From: Trichoplax adhaerens
Lineage: Eukaryota; Animalia; Placozoa
Length of the DNA stretch: 64,000 nt
NCBI RefSeq assembly: GCF_000150275.1
Contig: NW_002060946.1
Coordinates: 5,419,867-5,483,866 of the forward strand
Direction of reading: 5' to 3'
Both the position numbers and the translations under genes were made by a program. Shown here piece by piece: positions 14,601 to 26,828 of the stretch. The notes below the pieces were generated by a model, which did not search any database, was not told the DNA's origin, and saw nothing but the letters and a program-made list of their open reading frames with translations. Every line of letters starts with the position of its first letter. Positions within the stretch are counted from its first letter, which is position 1.

Positions 14601-17228
14601 AAATTTCACAGTTAAAACTGAATGGATGGTTATGCTATTTTTCACTTATAGAGATCAAAAAAGTTTAAATATAGCTACAACATGCGGAATACTGCTATTT
14701 TCTGATACGTATAGATTCTGATTTCCATTAAGAAAACATTATAAGGATATCATGTGCAGTCTTTACCATTCTATCACAACTTTTAGTGAAGAATGGCATA
14801 TGAGAGAATAAGGCTTACGAAGGAATAATACGGTAAAGTAAAGCTTGTAACAAGCGCAAGATTAAAATATGGAGAGTGTTAAGGCAACTAAACTAGTTAC
14901 AATCACTATTATTGAAGTCGATGCCTCTATATTAATAAGAACTAATAGAAAAGACTTCCAAGCATTTTAATATTTGTATCAGCATAAATTCATATTTACA
15001 TAGGGTAATAGGTATGAATAAACTGCTTGTGCATGATACAAAATTATTACATTTAAATAACGTATTTTAATGAATCTATTCATGATGAAATATGCTAAAC
15101 AAATGCAATATATACATTTTTATATTCTATATTACAATGAGTAGTTCCTAGTTCTACTGTGATATGAATTCTACACGTAAATAAAAATAAGCTAAAGTTT
15201 ATGAATAAAAGTGAATTTTATAATTTATCACGTAAATCCATTGGCTCTTAGTAATTATCACTCTATGCAATCCAACTCCTTTTTCCACTAATAGTTAAAT
15301 ATTTTAAAAAAAAAAGACTTGAAGGACCGAAAAATATATGCTTTATTCTTTCACTGATTTTAAGATCTCCAAATTTTAATTAAATAATTGACCCCCCTAA
15401 ATCATTTCAATCACCTTCGTATTGTTGCAATACATATTAGTATATACCATAAATTCCTACCGTATCTAATCAAAACTCTTAATAACTATTCAACTTACCA
15501 ACGTGTCCCTAAAGTCGAATATCGGTATTACACTGCAATCAGTAGTAGATATTATTAGATTATGCCAAATGATAGCAATAAATTGATATACAGAATGAAC
15601 AGTAATCTTTCCTGTTTGATTTTTCATTTGCCTTCATTATCAGTTTTTATTAATTAAATTGAAAGGAAAGAATAAATACAGATCAAAGCCCACTATACTC
15701 GTAAATTGAAAATGGATATAGAATATTACTATACTGTAAAGAAATATCACTTTGGGCTATGAAATCAAATTTATGTATGAATAATCGCTTTCCATAGTGC
15801 AAAAGTGTTGATGAGATATGCTAATCCTAGATTGGGGTTGAACAATTGCCATAATAAATATAGATTTGACGATGAATCCAGCATTCTAAATATTTCAGGT
15901 ATATTATTTAGCATATGTAATAAATGAGGAAAATAAAACAGTCAACCGTTTCCTGTAATATCGAGAAATTACTTTAGGAAATAGTAATTTGTTTTCTTCC
16001 TCACTAAGATATGTAATATACGTGTGTTCTGGTAATAAAGTTACAGATGTAACAAATTTAATTTACCGATAATCTATAATTTAATAATGAAGTCAGTTTT
16101 GGATACATTGTGTATACTCAACGTTTTTAATACTATAACATCCTGAATATGACGGAAGATTACAACAAGAAGTTAATCATGAATATCATCACCAAATCAA
16201 TCTTATTAATTTCATCTGTGTGCTAAAAGTATTGTAGCAGTAGTATTAAAGAGGTGTTCCTTATAATGTCCTTTAAATACTATTCAAAAATTAACAGTTA
16301 TTAATCCAAAGTAAGAACATAAGAATAGATTAAAAAGTGCGAAATTAAAGTTGTATTCAACAATGTGAATTATAGTTTAAAGTTAATTTGATGGTGATGT
16401 CGATTACTCCATCTTACTTCTATGCTATAGTTAGATCATTTATAGTTGCTGTAATTGATCAGCGTTTTTATTATTATATTTATATACAACAAACGTGTAC
16501 AGTTCGTAAATTGTTTGCTTTATTCAGGAACACATAAACGCATGGAATTACTCTTATAATATTTATAAAATACGTTTTCTGAAATGTTACTAAATCAACG
16601 CTACTCTAGCGCCATTAAAGTTCAATTTTCTTCCTACTAAAAGATAAACTTGATTTTAATTGTATGCAATTAATAATTACTATAGTTAAGTTCAATAACT
16701 ATCAAATATACGTCATTTTTCCATACCAGAATTAAAACTATACTATTTTATAATCTTCATTTGAATATTTGCAGATCTAAAATTTAAAGAAGCATGATAG
16801 TAGTTCATGCGATAAAAAAGTTCATTTTTTCTTCTTGGCAACGTCGCAATCCAAGCTTGGACGTTGTAAGAATTCATAGTGCCAATATAACTTATAAAAT
16901 TACCAGTAGCGTTCAAATTAGGTTTATCCAGCTAGTTGGGATTACTATAGATAGAAGTATTAGCCATGATAGAAAATACAGCGTTGTGATATATAATCTG
17001 TTGAGATACAAAATAAAGCAGAAAGCAATGACTAAAATGATCTGCGGATTGAGAACTTTCATATGAATATTCAGAGATAGAAAAGAAAGATTAAGAATAA
17101 TATCTACTTGATTCAAAGAAAGAATGAAAGGATAAGTAATAGTATTGCTATACAAAGTGAGAATGGAAATAGTTATGTGAAAATGAACGGTCTAAGTACG
17201 CGAGCGAAATGAATAAGACTTACCATCA

Positions 17229-17816
17229 CTACATGAGAATACATTTGTCATCTTCGCTTGCAAATTTTTTCATATCCTTAGCTAGCGATTTATGTCCGTT
17301 ACTTTTAGCTAACTGAGCTGGAGTTTTGTAGTCTTTATTGACTTTAGTAGCGTTAATGTTGGGTACACGTAATAAAGCATTAATGACATGATGATGTCCT
17401 TGGATAGCGGCTAAATGAAGGGCTGTATTTCCATCTTTGTTCACAGTATTGATATCTTTAAGGACTGCTGGTTGCTTGAGTAATATTTTAATAATATTCA
17501 TATGATCACTATAAGCTGCTAAATGCAATGCCGTGTCGCCATCACGATTTTGACCACAAACATCGATCGCTTTGCTATACTTTCCGCTGGAACAATTTAA
17601 TAACGTTTCCATTATTTTAGCATGTCCGTTAGCACAAGCGAGTAAAAATGGTGTATTTCCTTGATCATCTTCTGGACTCAAGTCTGAACATACCTTAAGT
17701 AATGCTTTGACACCTAGATGACTACCTTTACGAGCATCTTCTAATAATTGTCGATGACTTGCTTCTTCGACATTTTTAATATCGCGAGCGATTAATTCTT
17801 TCACCGATTTAAACAT
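17229..17816 (-). CDS. Intronless ankyrin-repeat protein (195 aa) with C-terminal CaaX box (KCILM); paralogue 3
   Basis: ATG in good Kozak context (CGCCATG); NTPFLLACANG, GDTALHLAAYS, GNTALHLAAIQG; ends CILM-stop. Confidence 0.92.
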   Translation of the reverse strand: MFKSVKELIARDIKNVEEASHRQLLEDARKGSHLGVKALLKVCSDLSPEDDQGNTPFLLACANGHAKIMETLLNCSSGKYSKAIDVCGQNRDGDTALHLAAYSDHMNIIKILLKQPAVLKDINTVNKDGNTALHLAAIQGHHHVINALLRVPNINATKVNKDYKTPAQLAKSNGHKSLAKDMKKFASEDDKCILM

Positions 17817-17862
17817 GGCGAATTAATTTCAAATAGTTGAAAAGATTGTAGCGTTGCTCTCT

Positions 17863-17884
17863 TCAATCAATCAATCAATCAATC
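17863..17884. repeat. (TCAA)n microsatellite just upstream of ankyrin paralogue 3
   Basis: tcaatcaatcaatcaatcaatc seen directly. Confidence 0.8.
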
Positions 17885-20240
17885 TACTGGAAAAGGATTA
17901 GTTATGCTTTGCCAATATATAGATCTCTCACTGGGTTTTAGTACAATTTATAAACTTATACAGCGTTAATCTTGTTATTGTATTGCTTGACTGATAATGA
18001 ATAATTAATCGATTTACTACATCATCGATTAACTACCGTTACTATTGTTTTATGTTTAGCAAGTCCGACAGTATTTTCTATTATATAAGGGACAAAAAGG
18101 ACGAATGCTAATGCTCAATTTATCCATTTGAATATTATTCTATGTTAGCCTTAATGTTTCCTAAATTGAGGAGGGGCGGAGGATATGAGTATTGTTATTG
18201 GAACAGCTGGTATTCAAAATAATAGACAATATCCATTGATTGATCACTATTTTACTTCATTTCTTTTCATTTTGTTTTTACTCATTTATTTTAGAGTAGC
18301 AATGATATCCAAAACCTTTGCGGAAAATCATTCATTTCTTGAATAGCCATCATCTACTGCTTCTTTACCATTTTCCATATTGGCACAAGACCGATACAGT
18401 ATCGTTATGGATGTCATTTCTGTCCTAGACTGGTAGCGTAATTCCTCTTCGGCTTAAGAATACATTCAGGATTGTATTTTATTGAATTATATAGAGATCA
18501 ATATATTATTCAAAGTTATCAATGGAATGGATTGAATACAAGTATATCCATGTTGATGAGATGAATTTTATCCGATGGACGAGATACGCTCTACTTTAAC
18601 TGTTGATCCTAGGTTAAAGTAGCAACATGAGTAGTCGAAATATTACTGTTCTTTAGCTATTTGTGATCGGATAGGGTAAATGGAGTAGATTGATATACTG
18701 AGCTAGGTGTGGCTGTGTTTTGAGCTAAGATTATGAATAAGTAGTAGCTTTGGATTTGTTTAGCGTCCTTAGGCTTGCAGTGATGTAATGTTCAAGATTG
18801 TTGCCATAGTTATTGTAGATTGGTACAGCAGTTCTATGGCGAAAAAATAGATCATAGAATCAATTTGCTTGTGGTATGAGTTTATTCTTTGAATGAATAG
18901 TACTATATTTTCATGCTGAATAGAATAGTAAATAGAGTTGTCAGTGGTTGTATAACCGAGAAGGCTAGTGTTGTATTTTCACTTTCAGCTCTTTGCCTGT
19001 AGTTTGCAACTCTTGATGACAAGTTATTGGGTATTGATTGTTATTACTATAACTTCGTCATACCATCATGAGGAATTGCCTGAAAGATGAATGATTTTGA
19101 TCATGCTGCTCTGAAGGCTATAATCTTGAAAATCAATCCTAAAAGTGATTGAATTATTTCTCTAACATTAGCTGATTCCGCTACACACGATGATATTTTC
19201 TACTTTCTCTACTTATCCAATTTATAACCACTTGGAGAATATGCAAAGTTATTTCATCAGGATTAGTATGGAGAAGTTGTAGAATTGCTAATGTGATTGT
19301 TAAGTCTCTACCCTATTCTACGAGTATAGTGGCCGAGGCCGATAGGACAGACCTGTTAGGAGACAAGAAAGCTTAGGGATATGACATCAGAATCATTTAT
19401 CTCTTTCAATACACCGATATGAGAACTTATATACTAAGCAAGTATAGTTATCTGTCGCTACCACGAAGAAATGAGTATGAAAAAAACAAGTTTTAATATA
19501 CGAGTACATATGTCTATGATCGCTACAACTTCGGTCACACGTATTTCATCAGAAATGATCATTACCTCTGATAATTAATTACTAGCAATTAGAGATTGTT
19601 TTTGTTGATTATTCCTTCCAACTCCGATTCTATAGCCGTCCTATACATAACCTTCTTCTCTTTTATAGTAATAAAGGATAGGGAAAACTAACAAAAGCGA
19701 ACCTTAATTCTAAAGCATATAACAGTGACTTATCGACGATGCAAGAGTTGACATGAATATATGATAACGTAATGGAAACGGATAAAGTGATGACAAAATA
19801 GCTGCGAAATGCGACAAGGCCCTATGGTCATTGAGCCTTTGAATGACTACTGAAGTATATACTTAGCATTACAGCAGTAGCTTTTGCCTATATTTTAGTC
19901 ACCGATCTCTCTCCTGCATCGTTGAGAACATGATCAGTCATGAAGGTAGAGGTCGTGTAGATTGTTTACAAGTAGTTGTGCTGCAATGTGCAAAGTAGAT
20001 GTCGTCTTCAGTCTAAGTGATTATACTGTAAATATTGTTTAGTTCGCGACATTTATTATCCATCGGTGTGCATTCTTTTTACCCAACTCTCATGCTGTCT
20101 ACTTTATTGCTACTAGCTGTATCATCCTAGCTTTTACCAGTGATGGCAATAACCATGTAGTGTCATTAGCAGTAAGAACGCGAAGTTCGAAAATCTCTTG
20201 TTCAAGATTTTCTCTCTTTTAGTAGTTAAGCCTTCCCATA

Positions 20241-21030
20241 TACTGTACAGTATCAAGTTTTAATATTGCGATCAAGTGGCTTAATGAGCTGCCAGGTACA
20301 TTTGGATTTGTAATATACTTGAATTGAATATTTCAAAATAATTGAAGTATTTGAGAAGTCATTAGGTCACTTATTCATTAATCGTAGTACAGTATTCCAA
20401 TAATTCTTGATATCAGTCCCTGTTGATATACAGTACAGTAACACAAGACTAATAGTCTTGCCTGACGGCGCCATTTTATGATGTCCATTGTACAATGTAC
20501 AGTACAGTATGAAATCTTCCTGGTCTAGTTTGGTCTTGTTGTTAAACCACGGACCACAGGCACAGTACCAAAGACTACAGTACAGTACATATGAGTGTAC
20601 AGTACTGTGCACTGTACTGTACACTGAGCGTCCAGTACGGTCGGTGTGATACGGACAGTACAGATGGCTGGATCCTGCCATGTACTGTACTGTACAGTGT
20701 ACTGTACTGTACACTGTAGCCTCAATCCAAGCCAACAATCGCATCATATGGCTTTGAGGGTCATCAGTTTCATTTGATGGACATCTCGCATACTGTAGCC
20801 TAATGCGCGCTGTCTAGAACTAGGCATAGAATAGTAGAAAAAGGCAGCCGTAGGCTAAATAGTAAGGGATTCAGGGTTGAAACGATCCGATCCGGTTCCA
20901 GAGCATTAAGGACTGTACCGTACAGTGTACAGTGTACAGTACGATTGAACCGTGACTGAAGTTAGACTAAGAGTGAGAGCGAACCGTGACCGCGACCTCC
21001 ATTTTGTTCCTGCTTAGGTACAGCCTACAG
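20241..21030. promoter_or_regulatory. CAGTA/TACTG motif island: putative NDUFV2 promoter
   Basis: Dozens of TACAG/CTGTA units and TACTGTACAGTA palindromes ending a few bases before the NDUFV2 ATG; YY1-like CGCCATTTT near 20469; GAACCGTGA twice. Confidence 0.6.
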
Positions 21031-21035
21031 ACGCC

Positions 21036-23164
<2,129 letters not shown>

Positions 23165-23411
23165 GAAGAGATCATGTTTCTTCAGCGCAAACTATTCATC
23201 TAGCAGCTTGAGCTATATCTCCAAAAATATGTGTTTATAATTACTGTACTGAGACATACTACCATATCGACAGTATACTTCTCAGACGTTTCTGTAAGTA
23301 CTGAAAACTGCATTTGACACTCTCTAGTGTTCTCATATAACTGTATAAGTGCTAAATTGCATGTTTACATTCGTTAAAAGTTTTCGTAATGTTTTTAAAA
23401 TGGACGCCAAG

Positions 23412-23428
23412 AATAAAATGCTTTTATT
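23412..23428. terminator. Palindromic pair of polyadenylation signals between convergent NDUFV2 and URI1
   Basis: AATAAAA-TGC-TTTTATT gives AATAAA on each strand, 5 nt apart, between the two stop codons. Confidence 0.45.
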
Positions 23429-23637
23429 GAAGTATATCGTTGTAAAGTCTTTATCTATAAAGATACATTATATCAATGTTTAGATTGCCATGCAAGACAT
23501 TTATTGTCAGTATTGACTTAATAGCATCGTCATAACAAACATCTCCAATTCTGCATCATTAAGATGCAATTGAGTCGTTGGACAGCAAAAATAAATAAAT
23601 ATCACCATTTTTCATTGACACCGCTACCCAACTGTTA

Positions 23638-26295
23638 CTACTTTCCACTTTTCATCCTTTGTGCTCTGAATCTAGAAACTGGTTTTGAGGCTTCCTGTGG
23701 CTGAAATGATACAAATCGAAAGGTCACTGCTACATGTTATTGAATTAGTCTTTAAAGCATGCGAATGAAATTGAACCATCAGAAATAGCGGTAAATTTTA
23801 AGTCTACCTCGGATGATACAGGAGTACTAGACTTTTCTATCGTCTTTGCAGTAACCGGCTGATTAGTAAACAGACAGCAAATATATCTTAGTAAAGATCT
23901 TAAACACTTTCATTCTACTGCCTTCCTATTGTACCCAAAAATTGGTATAGCAGCTTACCGCAGGCTTGGTAGTAGGACTTTGCTTCTCGACTATTTCACC
24001 AGTAAAAGACTAATTGAAATGCAATCATTTCTATTAGAATATCAATACTACTGATATCTATTCTATCTTTCGCAATAAAGTAAGACTAACCTTGGTAGCT
24101 GTATTTACAATTTTTGATTCATTGGCAGTATGACTTCCCTGCGAGATCAATTTTTGAACTTGATCTGGTCTTTCAATAGATGAATGGCTTGAAATTTCCT
24201 ATTAAATTGGCAAAAAAGATAGATAAAGCGATGATTATTATTAATGATCAGTTATCGTCATTACCTGTGCTAACGAGGGGACATTTTCTTTCGGCGTCTT
24301 TTGACTATGATGAAATCGAATCGTTGTATCATCTTGCACGTCATACTGAGACGTGAATTCATCACTCAGTTCCTCATTTTCTGCTTCTAACTTCTCGAGT
24401 CTATCCCAGTATGCATCATCGGTTTCAATACTGCTAGTCGAAGTATTGACTTTGGTCTTTTCATTAGCAGTAGATATATTACTTTTAGTATTTTCATTTG
24501 ACTTTAGCCTACTTATACCTAAATGGAGTAGGATGATCTTTATAAATTCGAACTAATACACGTATCATTAATAATAATATCTAAAAATTTAATGAATTCA
24601 ATGTTACGTTTAACAGGATAAAGTAAGTCTTCATCTTTTTCTGTCAATTCTTCCTTGATCTCGATAACTCCATCTCCATCCTTTTCCTAATCAGACAGAC
24701 GACATTCGATGTAAGATAGTTATGAAAGCTGAGAAATTGCAAATTTCATAAGTGCAAATCAGAAAAGAATGAGAGATTACCACTAGATCTCTTTCAAATT
24801 CTGAATTAAGCTTTAATCTTTCCGATAAATTTTGTCGCTGTTGTTCAAGTTTTGATAGAGTTTCATTTAATTCTAAAGGATGATAAAGCAAATTTTATAT
24901 ATTCTGGAGAAAGATTCATTGCACTTCTATGTACTATATGGCTGAAGATATCATATAAATGGTAATCGAATAATACTACTCACTAACCAAGCTTCCTTCT
25001 ATTTGCTATATCTTGAGCTTCTTTTGCGGATACATCAGCAAACCAGTTATCACCTATAAGAGCTGTTACCTCATTGGTATGAACTAAGTTGCCAGGAAAA
25101 AATGCCAATTCCCCGCAAAACGGGACCTAAATTTGATAAATAATCACAATACAAATATTAGAAGCTGATACTAAAATACGGTATAATGTAACATTAATCT
25201 CAAGACGTTGCACATCAAATCATATCTGTATAAGACGCGTGGAACCATTTAGGTTTATTTATAGCTTAAATAGATTATTCCTAGCAAGTACTCCACTTAT
25301 AATGCTAATAATAAATGTTATGACATTATTGAAGTTATACCATACCATAATATCGTAAGATCTTTTGTAAGGCAGGGTCTCCAAGGTCGATTGTAAATCT
25401 TCATAATCAGAAATCAATTTCTTGCTATAAATTAAGTAGCCCACCAAGAATATCAATTAAAGTTACTTTAAATATTTTACTGAAGTTCCAATATGACCAT
25501 CAATTTACAGAAAGAGCTCAGAAAATAATGAAAAACAATGTTTATATCATTGCACAAAGCAAGGATTCTACATATACTACAAATATTCAATTTACGCAAC
25601 GTACTCATCTTCAGGGGTAAAAATTCTATGCAAAGCTAAGGTATTCAATTCCATAAATATATTAACACAAGAGCGATTTTAATAGAATCGAGTGTTTACA
25701 TACCACTGTTGAATGTTTTGTTGGCAATCTTCTGCTTCCTATCACGACCATGTCCAGAAGGAAGAATTAGTATAACATATCGAAATGTACAATAGGTAGG
25801 AAAATAAGGCTTAGAGTAGATTGTCAAAGTGATGGCTCATTATTTACGCTCAATTAAGCTTATAGGATAACATTGCCCAACAGCTACTGATCACTACTGA
25901 GGACTTGTCATGCTCTGCCGAGTAGATTGATAGCGTTCATTATATTTGGATTATTTTACAATTTAAGTAAAATAAGTAGTAGTCCTGCAACAAGGCTACA
26001 GCCTGTATCACAAGGCCAATGTCTATAGGACAACATTGCTTAGCAGCTAGTAAGCATGACTGAGGGCTTGTGGTAGTCTGCCGAGTCGATCATAAGGCTC
26101 GTTACATTCAGATTATCTTGCAATTTGGTTAATGTATAAGGTAAGTCTATCTATAGCACAACATTGCCTAGCAGCACCTACGATCACCTACATTACATCC
26201 TTCTTATTTCTTCCATTTACCTTAGCTTGCTCTTCTTGTAGTCTCTGTACACCAGCCAAACTAAGATCGGAATGCTTAGCCTTATTTTCTTCCAT
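23638..26295 (-). CDS. URI1: Unconventional prefoldin RPB5 interactor (URI/RMP), multi-exon
   Basis: Exon 1 26295-26221 (MEENKAK...QRLQEEQAK). Later exons give DYEDLQSTLETLPYKRSYDIM|VPFCGELAFFPGNLVHTNEVTALIGDNWFADVSAKEA (alpha-prefoldin domain), YWDRLEKLE, SFTGEIVEK and the C-terminal URI box KPVSRFRAQRM. Confidence 0.93.
25861..26185. repeat. Degenerate direct repeat (two ~110 bp copies plus a partial third) in URI1 intron 1
   Basis: Copies start at about 25861 (tataggataacattgcccaacagcta), 26024 (tataggacaacattgcttagcagcta) and 26152 (tatagcacaacattgcctagcagc); the first two share ctgagg.cttgt and ctgccgagt.gat. Confidence 0.7.
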
Positions 26296-26828
26296 AGCTT
26301 AGCAACATTGCATCCATCAATCGATGAGATCGTTGCAATCACTCATTTGGATGTGGACGGCTACAGTGTACAGTACTATCCTAAGTTGTTAATGTACTGT
26401 ACTGGACGTACTGTACATTGTACAAGGTCTCGCCACGACTTCATGGTCTCGAATAGTGTACAGTATAGAGTGTAAAGTCACGTTTGAAACGGTATACAGT
26501 CATTACTAGAGGTCATGCTACTATCTGGTCCCATGTCAGTCCTTCCAAGCAATTACCAAGTACACTCAAGTGGAAAGAATAACTAGAATTTGACTGCAAC
26601 TAGACTGTTGTTACAGTAGAAGCCCTACAGATCGTCCATCTTTTTGTCCACTATAGACTGCTTATTACTGCCGAGCGTGTACTATGTATTATACTGGATA
26701 CAACCAAAGCGATCAGAACTCGTATGGGCGAAACAAGCCTTCAGATTCTGGACTGTAACGCAACAGGGTCATCCCTAGTCCAAGAGCTATCCGTCCGAAG
26801 TCAGTGAAGCTCGCTCTGGAACGGCAGC
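26296..26828. promoter_or_regulatory. Bidirectional promoter URI1/MRPL3 with CAGTA/TACTG motif island
   Basis: 533 bp between divergent ATGs; ctacagtgtacagtac and gtactgtactggacgtactgtacattgtac at about 26361-26470. Confidence 0.7.

Noticed and set aside
6105-17155. Short ORFs between the ankyrin genes (6105, 8756, 10545, 12938, 16794, 16913)
   Set aside because: Mostly non-ATG starts, AT-driven composition, no recognisable motif or exon chain.
20367-20747. ORFs rich in YCTVQYSTV (also 41817-42101, 51086-51532, 51220-51453, 62870-63376)
   Set aside because: Translations of the CAGTA/TACTG repeats; low complexity, often non-ATG starts, no domain.
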